NCBI GenBank assembly: GCA_040769125.1
Contig: JAXGLO010000001.1
Span: forward strand, 807,537-871,536
Direction of reading: 5' to 3'
DNA: 64,000 nt
From: Thermoleophilia bacterium
GTDB lineage: Bacteria; Actinomycetota; Thermoleophilia; UBA2241
The notes under the pieces were generated by a model. That model searched no databases and was not told the DNA's origin. It saw only the letters and a list, made by a program, of their open reading frames with translations. Positions 30,901 through 40,043 of the stretch are shown here, one piece after another. Both the position numbers and the translations under genes were made by a program. How positions within the stretch are numbered: position 1 is the stretch's first letter; every line of letters starts with the position of its first letter.

Positions 30901-31185
30901 GCCCCGCTCGGCGCTGCCGATGCCGTCGGCGAGCTGCTGCACCGAGGCCCCGGCCTGGGTCAGCGAGTCGCCGCCGGGGCCGCCGTGATCGCGGATCAGT
31001 GTGGCGGCCCTCTCCGAGTCCGGCTGGCCGAGAAACTTGACCGACGACGTGAAGACGTCGCCCCACAGGAGGTAGACGGTCGCCGCGGCGGCGAGGGCGA
31101 GCGCCCACGCGGCTATTGTCAACCACGGGTGCCGGGCGCAGGCGAGCGCGAGGCGTTGAGTGAAGCCGGTTCCGTGTATGCTCAT
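27946..31185 (-). CDS. MMPL-family (RND superfamily) membrane transporter with about 430-aa low-complexity YhgE/Pip-like repeat region in the first extracytoplasmic loop
   Basis: MMPL core (GLALGIDYSLFIISRYREER..., 12 TM). After TM1 a long Ala/Gly/Ser-rich heptad-like repeat region (LASGAxxLAxG...). Start taken as ATG 31185 (MSIHGTGFTQRL); the track ORF extends to 31248. Confidence 0.75.
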   Translation of the reverse strand: MSIHGTGFTQRLALACARHPWLTIAAWALALAAAATVYLLWGDVFTSSVKFLGQPDSERAATLIRDHGGPGGDSLTQAGASVQQLADGIGSAERGARKLARGSRKLSSGARELERGLRKLTKGAKQVSGGASSAGAGAGSLSRGLAGAAQGAASLSSGIAQASNATGGFAAGLAKLSGGSAKLSAAAANVAGGAGDLASGAGAAAAGVQDAATAAGGLQAAASNLQALIAAYANAHPEAAGDATYQQIIGLSGELAAGTSGLASGLASASAGVSSVASGAKALASGASKLAFGAQALEAGLAKSASGARTFDQSMGKLASGSQELAGGVASAAAGSQQLAAGSQQLAAGSAQVSTGVSGAAAGAGKVAAGTGGVASGATRLSKGLARTSSGAGKLSDALTSVGTLNDHVSEVVVVRSSKLTVDDPAFRRQVVDLRERIAALPASEVAEVLCVYDKGLDKRTRNALTSDDRHSVIMKVELASPVDEAVNHLDGLHRLVDQVNAKPQFEAAITGAASLSIDAQHLAGEDLQRGELIGVPVALIILVIVFGTLVAAGLPLLLAGFSILVALALTVLVGNVFDLSIFALNILTATGLALGIDYSLFIISRYREERRDGLDKVAAIGATSATASNAVFFSGMTVVLSLVGMFIVPLSIFTSLGVGAMAAASTAVAAALTLLPALLTLLGDKVDALPMPWLRRYERRDAERSWWSKAARWTMRRPALNLAIGGVLLLALAAPALTMKSGGFSADSFPSHYTSKRGLDMLQRDFAAGMGEPVSVVVAGDVADKSVQRALKRLATKLTDDGRFTPTGVSTSADGELVVVQSVQDADAMSEEAETAVTALRDEIVPEVFANAPAEVYVGGATATQIDSLSITTEYMPIVIGVVLLLSFVLLLLAFRSIAVSLTAILMNLLSVGAAYGVLTLVFQRGWGAALLGITPVEAIESWVPLLMFCVLFGLSMDYQVFLLSRIRERWTERHDSHDAVVFGLQSTAGIITGAALIMVAVFVGMGSGDLVVLQQLGFGLAVAVMLDAFMIRVIVAPALIALIGDRYWWLPRWLEWLPRIHIEGHAVKAGAPSEDST

Positions 31186-31204
31186 ATGTGGAGCGCTGCC
31201 TCTC

Positions 31205-31300
31205 TGCGGATGTCGCGACATTGTCGCAAACGTACATCGTGGTCGCAAACGCTTTTTGCAGTATGGGCGACGGATCCGCTTGTCGCAAGCGTTACGCGGT
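31205..31300. promoter_or_regulatory. Cluster of TGTCGCAA(A/G)CG-like direct/palindromic motifs in the MMPL-pfk divergent intergenic region (putative TetR operator array)
   Basis: TGTCGCGACA (palindrome), TTGTCGCAAACG, TGGTCGCAAACG, CGCTTGTCGCAAGCG (15-nt palindrome) within about 90 nt, overlapping the MMPL start. Confidence 0.35.
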
Positions 31301-31549
31301 ACGATGTATCTGCGCGGCGTTCGCCTTGCCTGCTGTGTCTAACCCTTTTTAGTGCGGGCGGAAACAGGAAAGAAGCCTCAAAGGCGGTTGCTTCTGCTAG
31401 GCTGCGATAGAGAGGTGCGATCGGTCTGCTGAGGAGGCGGTTGCGGCACGCCTGGTGGAGTCGTTTCGGCCTCGCTGCACAGGTGCCGCCCGGATTCTCT
31501 CCGGGGCAGTTACGGACGGTAGAAGACGCTGGGCTTCGATCTGGAAGGA

Positions 31550-32758
31550 GTGCGAGTGAACCGAGTGAAGGGCAAGAAGCGGATCGGGGTGCTTACCGGC
31601 GGCGGTGACGTTCCCGGTCTCAACCCGGCGATCCGGGGCGTCGTGTTTCGCGCGGAGCAGGAAGGCTACGAGGTGCTCGGCTTCCGTCGGGGCTGGGCCG
31701 GGCTCATCGAGATCGACCGCGAGAAGGGCGCCGACAACAGCGCCGCCGTCTCGGTCCTGGGGCAGCGTCTCGCCGATCAGCACGCGCGCACGGGCGGCAC
31801 GTTCCTGCACACATCGCGGACTCGGCCGAGCAGCGTGCCGGCCGCGGATGTACCCGAGCACCTGCGGGGCGCCTATCAGGCGGAGAAGAACGACCTCACG
31901 CCGGAGGTCGTCGCCAATCTCGAGCACCTGGGCGTCGACGCCCTGGTGGCCATCGGTGGAGACGACACGCTGAGCTACGCCGTGGAGCTGGGCCGTCATG
32001 GCGTGCCCATCATCGCCATCCCCAAGACGATGGACAACGACGTGCCCGGCACCGACTACTGCATCGGCTTCTCCACCACGGTCAGCCGGACGATCGCCAT
32101 GGCCAAGCAGCTGCGCACCTGCGCGGCCAGCCACGAGCGCATCATGGTGCTCGAGATCTTCGGCCGGTACGCGGGCTTCACGGCGCTCGTCCCGACCTGG
32201 GCCGGCGCCGCCGACCGCTGCGTTATCCCTGAGCACGAGTTCGACTCCGAGCAGCTCACGCGCCTGCTCGTGGAGGACCGCAACGCTCACCCGGACAAGT
32301 ACTCCGTGTGCCTCGTCTCCGAGGGCGCCATGCCGGTCGGCGGCGAGATGACCTTCCTGCACGGTGAGAAGGACATGTTCGGCCACGCCAAGCTGGGTGG
32401 CATCGGCCAGCAGGTGTCGGCGGCCGTCAAGCAGTTCTCGCCGCAGTTCAACGGCGGGCGGCGCATCGACACCATCAACGTGACGCTCAGCTACATCGTG
32501 CGCAGCGGCGACCCCGACTCAGTCGACAGCATGGTCCCCATGGTCTGGGGTAACCTCGCTGTTGAGCGGCTCGCGCGCGGCGAGAGCGGCAAGCTCGTCT
32601 GCCTGCGGCGCGGCAGGTACGACGCGGTCGACCTCGAGACGGTCGTGGCCTACAAGCGCGTCGTCGACGTCGAACGGTACTACGACACCGAACGCTGCCG
32701 GCCGAAGTACGCCAGCTTCGAGCTGCAGCCCATGTTCGGTGTGGGGGTAGAGGACTAA
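31550..32758 (+). CDS. pfk: 6-phosphofructokinase (ATP- or PPi-dependent)
   Basis: KRIGVLTGGGDVPGLNPAIRGVV... GGDDTLSYA ... MDNDVPGTDYCIGFST, about 400 aa. Confidence 0.9.
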   Translation: MRVNRVKGKKRIGVLTGGGDVPGLNPAIRGVVFRAEQEGYEVLGFRRGWAGLIEIDREKGADNSAAVSVLGQRLADQHARTGGTFLHTSRTRPSSVPAADVPEHLRGAYQAEKNDLTPEVVANLEHLGVDALVAIGGDDTLSYAVELGRHGVPIIAIPKTMDNDVPGTDYCIGFSTTVSRTIAMAKQLRTCAASHERIMVLEIFGRYAGFTALVPTWAGAADRCVIPEHEFDSEQLTRLLVEDRNAHPDKYSVCLVSEGAMPVGGEMTFLHGEKDMFGHAKLGGIGQQVSAAVKQFSPQFNGGRRIDTINVTLSYIVRSGDPDSVDSMVPMVWGNLAVERLARGESGKLVCLRRGRYDAVDLETVVAYKRVVDVERYYDTERCRPKYASFELQPMFGVGVED

Positions 32759-32813
32759 GGCCCGCACCGCCTCGGTGCTGAGCAAAGAACCTTGAGAGAA
32801 AGGTAGCCACTCG

Positions 32814-33770
32814 ATGATCGTCACGACCAAGGAGCTCTTCGAGGCCGCATACGGCAACTTCGCCGTCGGAGCCTACAACATCAATAACATGGAGCAGACC
32901 CTGGGGCTGTTCCGCGGCAACCTGCAGTCCCAGGCGCCGTTCATCATCCAGATCTCCCGCGGGGCGCGCAAGTACGCCGACAAGCGCATGCTCGAGGCCA
33001 TGATCAGGGCCGCCGACGAGATATTCCCGGAGGCCGTCTTCGCCGTGCATCTCGATCACGGCGACCTCGAGGCCTGCCTCGACTGTATCGCCAGCGGGTT
33101 CTACTCATCCGTCATGATCGACGCCTCCCATGAACCGCTCGAGGAGAACATCCGCATCACGCGCCAGGTGGTCGACGCAGCTCACGCCGTGGGTATCTCG
33201 GTCGAGGCGGAGCTGGGTCAGCTCGGTGGGGTTGAGGAGGACATCAAGGTCGACGAGGGGAACGCCAACCTCACCGACCCGGCCGAGGCCGAGGTCTTCG
33301 TCAAGGAGTCGGGCTGCGACAGTCTCGCCGTGGCCATCGGCACGAGCCACGGCGCCTACAAGTTCACCGGTTCCCAGGGCCTGCACTTCGACGTGGTCGC
33401 GGAGATCCAGAAGCGACTGCCGGGCTTCCCGCTGGTGATGCACGGCTCGTCGTCAGTGCCGCAGGAAGAGGTGGAGCGCATCAACGCGGCCGGCGGAGCC
33501 CTCAAGGGCGCCAAGGGCGTCGACGAGGACGAGTTCGTCAAGGCGGTGCCGCTGGGCGTGACCAAGGTGAACATCGACACCGACGGCCGCCTCGTGTGGA
33601 CGCGCGTGCACCGCGAGTTCTTCAGGGACTCTCCGGAGAAGTTCGACCTGCGCGATCCCGGCAAGGTGTTCATCGCCGCGTACGCCGATTTCATCGCCCA
33701 CAAGAACGAGAAGCTGAACTCCGCCGGCATGCTGGAGACAGTCCGGGAGCGTCTGAACGCCGACAAGTAG
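32814..33770 (+). CDS. fba: class II fructose-bisphosphate aldolase
   Basis: FAVGAYNINNMEQ... LDHGD... VEAELGQLGG... HGSSSVPQEE: class II FBA/tagatose-bisphosphate aldolase family. Confidence 0.9.
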   Translation: MIVTTKELFEAAYGNFAVGAYNINNMEQTLGLFRGNLQSQAPFIIQISRGARKYADKRMLEAMIRAADEIFPEAVFAVHLDHGDLEACLDCIASGFYSSVMIDASHEPLEENIRITRQVVDAAHAVGISVEAELGQLGGVEEDIKVDEGNANLTDPAEAEVFVKESGCDSLAVAIGTSHGAYKFTGSQGLHFDVVAEIQKRLPGFPLVMHGSSSVPQEEVERINAAGGALKGAKGVDEDEFVKAVPLGVTKVNIDTDGRLVWTRVHREFFRDSPEKFDLRDPGKVFIAAYADFIAHKNEKLNSAGMLETVRERLNADK

Positions 33771-33821
33771 GGCCAGCTCCCGGGGCGCTTGTTCCCGGGT
33801 GTCCGGCTCCGTTGTCTCTCT

Positions 33822-33860
33822 GTGTGCGTGGGGGCGGCTCATGGCCGCCCCCACGCACAC
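33822..33860. terminator. Perfect 16/17-bp-stem palindrome downstream of fba (GTGTGCGTGGGGGCGGC-tcatg-GCCGCCCCCACGCACAC)
   Basis: Seen directly. No U-tract follows, so it may be a Rho-dependent/bidirectional terminator or a protein binding site. Confidence 0.4.
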
Positions 33861-34263
33861 CGGGCCGAGGCCTGAGTCTCGCCGCCGCCGGCCCGTATCG
33901 CGCCACCATTCCTTCGCACACCGGGCTGAGGCGCTTCGCCGCCGCCCTGCAGGTTCGCGCGGATCGGATGCGCCGCCCACGGCCTCTGCGGGGACCTTGC
34001 GCTCTGCGCCGAGCACGGGTCGTTGACCATACCTGAGCCGGCCGCGAACGACGCGGCCGAGAACGGCGGCAGGAGCCCCCGGCCGACGCCGGGCGAGAGC
34101 TGCGCGCGGAGGCGACTGCGGGGCGGCTGGTGGCTGCGGAGCCGCGCGGCCGGACGCCGTGGGGTATGGAGATCAGCGGGGCGTCGGCGGCCGGCAACGA
34201 CGTCGGTGTGTACGGCAGCTCTTGCTGCAGTTCGTTCTGCGTGAGTGGTAGGCTGGAGCAGCC

Positions 34264-35988
34264 ATGTGCCCGATCGCCGGAACCGCGCAGTCCACCCGCT
34301 CACGCCGCTCGCGTCGCTACCGCGAGGTCATGCGCGTGCTGTGGGAGGAGCGCATCTTCAGCATCGTGCGGGCGGTGGGGATGGAGCGGGGCGCCGCTGG
34401 GTTTTTTGCCGCCGACGAGGCCGAGTCGTCCGCGTCGGCGGCAGCCGCTGGGCGCGCGGACGAGGGGCACGCGTCACCGGAGGTTCGTCTGCGCCGCGCC
34501 CTCGAGCGCCTCGGGCCCGCGTTCATCAAGATCGGGCAGATGCTTTCCACGAGGCGCGACCTGATCTCAGCGAAGCTCGCCGGCGAGCTCGCGAAACTCC
34601 AGGACGAGGTGGTGGCCACGCCGTGGGAGGAGATGGCGCTGGTCCTGACCGAGGAGCTCGGCGCGCCTGCCGGCGAGCTCTTCCAGGAGTTCGACAGTGC
34701 GCCGCTGGCGGCGGCCTCCATCGGCCAGGTGTACCGCGCCCGCCTGCACGACGGCCGGGTCGTGGCCGTGAAGATCCAGCGCCCGGGCGCGCGCGACGCG
34801 ATCGAGACCGATCTGGACATCCTGCTCTCATGGGCTCGCTTTCTCGCCTATCGCAGCGAGTGGGCTCGTGATCGCGATCTGCCCGTCATCGCCGCCGATA
34901 TCGCTCACGTGCTGCGTGCGGAGCTGGACTACCTCCACGAGGCGCGCTGCATGCGCGCCTTCCGGGATGCCTTCGAGGGGAGCGAGGAGGTCTTCTTTCC
35001 AGAGCCCGTCACCGATCTCACGACCTCACGGGTGCTGACCATGGAGATGGTGGATGGGGTTCCGGGATCCCGGCCGGAGGAGCTGCGCGCCGCCGGTGTC
35101 GACACCGATCTCATGGTGCGCCGCGGGGTCGAGAGCTACTTCCGGCAGATCTTCGAGATGGGCATGTATCACGCGGATCCGCACGCCGGGAACCTCTATG
35201 CCCTGCCCGACGGGCGCGTCGGCTTCGTCGATTTCGGCCGCGTCGGCGTCATCTCGCGCCAGCACCGCAGGGCGGTGTTCGACATGCTCGTCGCGGTGAT
35301 GGACGACGAGCCCGCTGACGCCGCCGAAGCGCTGCTCGACATGGCCACGGCGGCGCCGGGCCTGGAGGTCGTCGAACTGCAGGCAGATCTCGCTCGTGTC
35401 GCCTCTCTGTACCGGGAGGGTCAGGGGCGTCGCGACGTTCTGGAGGTGACCCTGCGCGAGACCCTGGCGACGGTGCGCAAGCACGGGCTGAACGTATCGA
35501 GCGACATCGTCCAGCTCATCACAACGCTGGGTGTGCTGGAGGGCGTCGCGTCGCAGCTGCACCCGGGCTTCTCGGTGATCGATGCGGCCAAGCCGTTCGC
35601 CGCGCGCCTGCTCGTCACGTCCATGGCGCCGCGCGCCTGGCAAGACGAGGCTCTGCGCGGCTTGCGCCGCTATCGCCGGCTTTTCGAGGAGCTGCCGATC
35701 GCCGTGACGAGGGCGCTGAGGCGCGCCGGGGAGGGGGAGTTCAAGGTTGGCGTGAGGCCAGAGGGCTACCAGGACGCCATGCGGCGGCTGCACGAGATGG
35801 TCGACACATTGGCTCTCTCCATCCTGACGGCGGCCTTCGTGCTGGCGTTCGCCTACCTCATGGCGCAGGATGCCCTGGCCGACTGGGCCCGCGTCGTCGC
35901 CGGCATCGTGCTGGCTCTTTCGGCTCTCCTGGCCGCTTGGCTGCTGGTTGCGATCGTCTTGGCCGCCAGGCGCCGCCGGCGCCGGTAG
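34264..35988 (+). CDS. ubiB: ABC1/UbiB-family atypical protein kinase
   Basis: LERLGPAFIKIGQMLSTRRDLI ... AAASIGQVYRARLHDGRVVAVKIQRPG ... two C-terminal TM helices. Start may be ATG 34330 (MRVLWEER). Confidence 0.8.
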   Translation: MCPIAGTAQSTRSRRSRRYREVMRVLWEERIFSIVRAVGMERGAAGFFAADEAESSASAAAAGRADEGHASPEVRLRRALERLGPAFIKIGQMLSTRRDLISAKLAGELAKLQDEVVATPWEEMALVLTEELGAPAGELFQEFDSAPLAAASIGQVYRARLHDGRVVAVKIQRPGARDAIETDLDILLSWARFLAYRSEWARDRDLPVIAADIAHVLRAELDYLHEARCMRAFRDAFEGSEEVFFPEPVTDLTTSRVLTMEMVDGVPGSRPEELRAAGVDTDLMVRRGVESYFRQIFEMGMYHADPHAGNLYALPDGRVGFVDFGRVGVISRQHRRAVFDMLVAVMDDEPADAAEALLDMATAAPGLEVVELQADLARVASLYREGQGRRDVLEVTLRETLATVRKHGLNVSSDIVQLITTLGVLEGVASQLHPGFSVIDAAKPFAARLLVTSMAPRAWQDEALRGLRRYRRLFEELPIAVTRALRRAGEGEFKVGVRPEGYQDAMRRLHEMVDTLALSILTAAFVLAFAYLMAQDALADWARVVAGIVLALSALLAAWLLVAIVLAARRRRRR

Positions 35989-36004
35989 GCGGCCGGCGCG
36001 CGCC

Positions 36005-36080
36005 GGTGACGCATGCGTCCCGCCTGCCGTTCCTGCTGCAGCGCTGAGCCGGCCGGTGCGTGCGGGTGACGCATGCGTCC
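36005..36080. promoter_or_regulatory. Two copies of GGTGACGCATGCGTCC (perfect 12-nt palindrome GACGCATGCGTC) 60 nt apart
   Basis: Seen at 36006-36020 and 36066-36080, between the ubiB stop and the cysK upstream region. Confidence 0.3.
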
Positions 36081-36416
36081 GCGCGATGGTGCGGCGCTCG
36101 GCGGGCGCCCTGCGGCGGACGTATACTCAGGATTCTGGCCTGGCGGGGTCGGCAGACCCGTGGAGCGAGGCGCTCGCTGTCTAGCTTGGCCGCGACCGCC
36201 GGCCGCGACGCCTCGCCGGCCACCTTATGATAAAAACCATGACGCTCGTTGACGTCTTCGCCGGTCCCGGTTGCGCGGCATGTTCCTTGACGTCAGGCGC
36301 ATGGAACACAACGTCGACGTCTGCGGGCGAGCGTCGGGAGGCACTGCTCCCGGCGCCGCGAGATGCAGGACCAGGACGGCACGCCCGTCGTCGTCAGGCC
36401 GATATGAGGGGACTCA

Positions 36417-37325
36417 ATGAACCTGCTGGAGGCGATAGGCAGCACCCCGCTCGTGGAGCTGCTCAACATCAATCCGCGGCCCGGCGTCCGGATCCTCTGC
36501 AAGCTCGAGGGCTGCAATCCGGGCGGCTCGGTGAAGGACCGCGCTGCTCTCTCCATGATCGCCGGCGCCGAGGCGCGCGGTGAGCTTACGGAGGGGAAGG
36601 TCATCCTTGAGCCGACCTCGGGCAATACCGGCATCGCCATCGCCATGATCGGCGCGGTGAAGGGCTACCGCGTGCGCCTGTGTATGCCCGCCTGTGTCAG
36701 CGAAGAGCGGCGCCTGATCCTGCAGGGGCTCGGCGCCGAGGTCATCCTCACGCCGGCCGAGGAGGGCATCGACGCAGCCATCAGACGGGCGCACTCGCTT
36801 GCGGAACAGGAGCCGGACACGTACTACATGCCCAACCAGTACGAGAACCCCGACAACGCCCTCGCACACTTCAAGACCACTGGCCCCGAGATCGTCGAGC
36901 AGACGGACGGGGATCTCGACTGCTTCGTGGCAGGTATGGGCACGACGGGAACGCTGATGGGCACCGGCAGGTACCTCAGATCGCGTGTACCCGGCGTGCG
37001 CGTCGTCGGCGCGGAGCCGGTGAAGGGGCACACCATCCAGGGGCTCAAGAACATGGAGGAGTCCATCGTGCCCGGCATCTACGAGCCGGAGAGCCTCGAC
37101 GCTACGTACGTGGTCACGGACGAGGATGCCTTCGAGACGACCAGGCTGCTCGCCTGTCGCGAGGGGCTGTTTGTCGGCTCGTCGAGCGGCGCCGCGGTCG
37201 CCGTCGCTCTGAGGGTCGCCCACGATCTCGACCACGGTACCGTCGTCGCCCTGCTGCCCGACCGCGGCGATCGCTACTTGAGCACCATGCAGTTCAGGTC
37301 GTTCTGCGGGAAGTGCCTGCCGTGA
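36417..37325 (+). CDS. cysK: cysteine synthase (O-acetylserine sulfhydrylase)
   Basis: GSTPLVEL...KLEGCNPGGSVKDRAALSMI (PLP-lysine motif)...TSGNTGIA..., about 300 aa. Confidence 0.85.
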   Translation: MNLLEAIGSTPLVELLNINPRPGVRILCKLEGCNPGGSVKDRAALSMIAGAEARGELTEGKVILEPTSGNTGIAIAMIGAVKGYRVRLCMPACVSEERRLILQGLGAEVILTPAEEGIDAAIRRAHSLAEQEPDTYYMPNQYENPDNALAHFKTTGPEIVEQTDGDLDCFVAGMGTTGTLMGTGRYLRSRVPGVRVVGAEPVKGHTIQGLKNMEESIVPGIYEPESLDATYVVTDEDAFETTRLLACREGLFVGSSSGAAVAVALRVAHDLDHGTVVALLPDRGDRYLSTMQFRSFCGKCLP

Positions 37326-37398
37326 GAGCGGCGGCGGCCACGGCGTGTTCGCCCGCGCGAGCTTGTGATGCAGGGTCTTCGGCGATGGGAGTTGCGTT

Positions 37399-38763
37399 GT
37401 GAAGACAGATGAACTGTGGAGCCCGTCGTCCTGGCGTGAGCTGACCGCTGCTCAGCAGCCGGACTGGCCTGACCCGGAGGCGCTCGACGCCGTCGTCGCC
37501 GAGCTGCGCTCCATGCCACCGCTGGTGTTCGCCGGCGAGGCGCGCGAGCTGCGTGCCGCCCTGGCAAGGGTGGCCGTTGGGGAGGGGTTTCTGCTGCATG
37601 TCGGCGATTGCGCCGAGTCCTTCCGCGACCTCTCGGCGCCCCGCATCCGCGACAACCTGAAGATCATGCTGCAGATGTCGACCGTGCTCACCTTCGGAGC
37701 GGCGCTGCCGGTCGTCAAGCTCGGCCGTGTCGCCGGGCAGTTCGCCAAGCCGCGCTCGAGCCCCATCGAGCGCGTCGGCGACCTCGAGCTGCCCTCCTTC
37801 CGTGGCCACATGGTCAACGACGACCTTCCGGTGGCCGCGGCGCGGGTGGCCGATCCCTCACGCCTGCTGCAGGCCTACCACCAGTCGGCGGCGCGCCTCA
37901 ATCTGCTGCGGGCGTTCACCAAGGGAGGGTTCGCCGACCTGCGCCAGGTTCACCGCTGGAACCAGGAGTTCGTCGCTCACTCGCCCGAGGGGCGTCGCTA
38001 CGAGCAGATCGCCCAGGGGATCGAAGACGCTCTGCGCTTCATGACGGCCTGCGGCATCGACCTGGACCACACTCCGCAGTTGCACGAGGTCGATCTCTGG
38101 ACGAGCCACGAGGCGCTGATCCTGCCGTACGAGGAGTCCCTGACGAGGCGCGACAGCATGAGCGGCGAGTGGTACGACTGCTCGGCGCACCTCATCTGGA
38201 TCGGGGAGCGCACGCGGGGGCTGCGGGATGCGCACGTCGAGTTCTTCGCCGGGGTGCACAACCCCGTGGCCTGCAAGCTGGGGCCGGCGGCCACGCCCGA
38301 GGACGTCGTGGCGCTCTGCGCGCTCCTCGACCCCGAGCGTGAGGCCGGCCGCCTGACGCTCATCGCCCGCCTCGGGGCAGACCGCGTCGAGGAGCTGCTG
38401 CCTCCGCTCGTGCGTGCCGTCAAGGTGGCGGGGCATCCGGTCGTCTGGTCCTGCGACCCCATGCACGCCAACGGCCGCGTTACCGGGGGCGGCGTCAAGA
38501 CGCGGCTCTTCGACGACATCATGCGCGAGCTCCGCGGCTTCTTCCACGTCTGCGTGGCCGAGGGAGTCTGGCCCGGCGGAGTGCATCTCGAGTTCACGGG
38601 CGACGACGTCACTGAGTGCGTCGGCGGCGCCGAGCCGGTGGCTGAAGGAGATCTTCACATCCACTACTCGACGCTCTGCGACCCGCGTCTCAACGCGAGG
38701 CAGTCTCTCGATCTCGCCTTCGAGGTCGCGGAACTTCTTCGGCCTCTGCGCACCAGGGTGTAG
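37399..38763 (+). CDS. aroG: 3-deoxy-7-phosphoheptulonate (DAHP) synthase, class II
   Basis: About 450 aa, plant/actinobacterial type II DAHPS (HVGDCAESF..., ...SCDPMHANG...). Confidence 0.85.
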   Translation: MKTDELWSPSSWRELTAAQQPDWPDPEALDAVVAELRSMPPLVFAGEARELRAALARVAVGEGFLLHVGDCAESFRDLSAPRIRDNLKIMLQMSTVLTFGAALPVVKLGRVAGQFAKPRSSPIERVGDLELPSFRGHMVNDDLPVAAARVADPSRLLQAYHQSAARLNLLRAFTKGGFADLRQVHRWNQEFVAHSPEGRRYEQIAQGIEDALRFMTACGIDLDHTPQLHEVDLWTSHEALILPYEESLTRRDSMSGEWYDCSAHLIWIGERTRGLRDAHVEFFAGVHNPVACKLGPAATPEDVVALCALLDPEREAGRLTLIARLGADRVEELLPPLVRAVKVAGHPVVWSCDPMHANGRVTGGGVKTRLFDDIMRELRGFFHVCVAEGVWPGGVHLEFTGDDVTECVGGAEPVAEGDLHIHYSTLCDPRLNARQSLDLAFEVAELLRPLRTRV

Positions 38764-38801
38764 ACACCGGCCCGGGCGCAGCCGCCCGCGCCGGTGGCCT
38801 C

Positions 38802-39332
38802 CTAGCGGTTGCCGAAGCGCTCGTAGCTCACTTTGTCGGTCGGCAGCGACGACGCGGGGTGCCCTGCCTTCTCCTCTGCCGGGTACCCGATCGCGACGAG
38901 AGCCTCGACGGCCATGCCCGGCTCCAGCCCCAGCACGTCGGCGACGTACTCCTCGGAGCTCTGCTCCTCGTTGTGACGCCTGCACCGTATCTGCACCCAG
39001 CAGCTGCCGAGGCCGAGGTCGTGCGCCTCAAGGTGCAGGAGCAGCGTCGTGATCGATGCGAACTCGACCCATACATCGGCGATCTCCGGCCGAGTGCAGA
39101 CGGCGATCACGAGGGGGGCGCCTTCGAGGAAAGCCGAGCCTTGCGTCTTGGCTTGTGAGAGCCGGGCGATCGTCTCTGGCGCACGGACGACGACGAGCTC
39201 CCAGGGGATCTTGCCCTGGAGGTGGGGGCTCCGCAGGGCGGCCTCCAGCATCAGGTCGAGCTTCTCCTGCTCGACCTCCTTGTCGGCGTACTTGCGGATG
39301 CTTCTCCTGGAGCGCAACAGATCGATCAGCAT
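38802..39332 (-). CDS. nitroreductase-family protein
   Basis: MLIDLLRSRRSIRKYADKEV... nitroreductase fold, 176 aa. ATG at 39332 (track ORF extended to 39530). Confidence 0.8.
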   Translation of the reverse strand: MLIDLLRSRRSIRKYADKEVEQEKLDLMLEAALRSPHLQGKIPWELVVVRAPETIARLSQAKTQGSAFLEGAPLVIAVCTRPEIADVWVEFASITTLLLHLEAHDLGLGSCWVQIRCRRHNEEQSSEEYVADVLGLEPGMAVEALVAIGYPAEEKAGHPASSLPTDKVSYERFGNR

Positions 39333-39438
39333 AGGTGGCCTCGCACTGTGGGTTCTGGAAGAGGGAGGGTCGCCTGCCGGGATGGGCGGCGTGGCGCCTG
39401 ACTGGTTGTTCGGCGCGGCAGCCGCCCCGCAGGCACAC

Positions 39439-39894
39439 TCAACGCCGGTGCGGCACGACCAGCACGGGGATCTTGCTGTGGTGCAGCAGCTTGTAGGCCG
39501 TCGATCCGAGCAGCATCCCGCGAATGGCACCCACCCCCTGTGTGCCGACGACGATCATGCTGGCGTCCAGCTCTTTGGCGACGTCCATCAGCGCGACTGA
39601 GGCGGCCTTCCACTCAATCCGTGTTTCGACCGTCACGCCCGACGCGGTAACGCGCGCGATCGCCTCGTCGAACATGGCCTTGACGACGGTCTTGGTTCGC
39701 GCGCGGATGTCGGTGTCGCCGTCGGGCAGGATCTCGATCGCCATGGGGCTTCCGTCCGCCGCCAAGTTCATGGCGGTGCCATGCACCATCACGATCCTGC
39801 TGTCGGGGTGACCGACGGCTACATCCACGGCGGCGTCGAGCGCCGCCATCGCGCACGGTGAGCCATCGTATCCGAGGATGAGCGTACGGGTCAT
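39439..39894 (-). CDS. universal stress protein (UspA family)
   Basis: ILGYDGSPCAMAALDAA... MIVVGTQGVGAIRGMLLGSTAYKLLHHSKIPVLVV (UspA ATP-binding motif). Confidence 0.8.
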   Translation of the reverse strand: MTRTLILGYDGSPCAMAALDAAVDVAVGHPDSRIVMVHGTAMNLAADGSPMAIEILPDGDTDIRARTKTVVKAMFDEAIARVTASGVTVETRIEWKAASVALMDVAKELDASMIVVGTQGVGAIRGMLLGSTAYKLLHHSKIPVLVVPHRR

Positions 39895-40043
39895 CGCGGC
39901 TCCTTTCCGCTGCAGGTCCACTCCTGCCGGCGCCTTACGATCACCGGCTGACGCCTCATGTATCCCCACGGACGCGCCGGCTCAGACGCGGCGAGCCGGG
40001 CGGCCTACCGTCGCTGATGGCAGGTGGGTCGGCGGCCTCGGCT

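Noticed and set aside
29732-31288. 518-aa Arg-rich ORF overlapping the MMPL gene in another frame, and the many ORFs opposite the propeller paralogs (for example 16045..16986, 18377..19309, 21599..22846)
   Set aside because: Low-complexity Arg/Pro/Ser-rich translations of the repeat DNA in wrong frames. The periodic identical small ORFs just mirror the tandem repeats.
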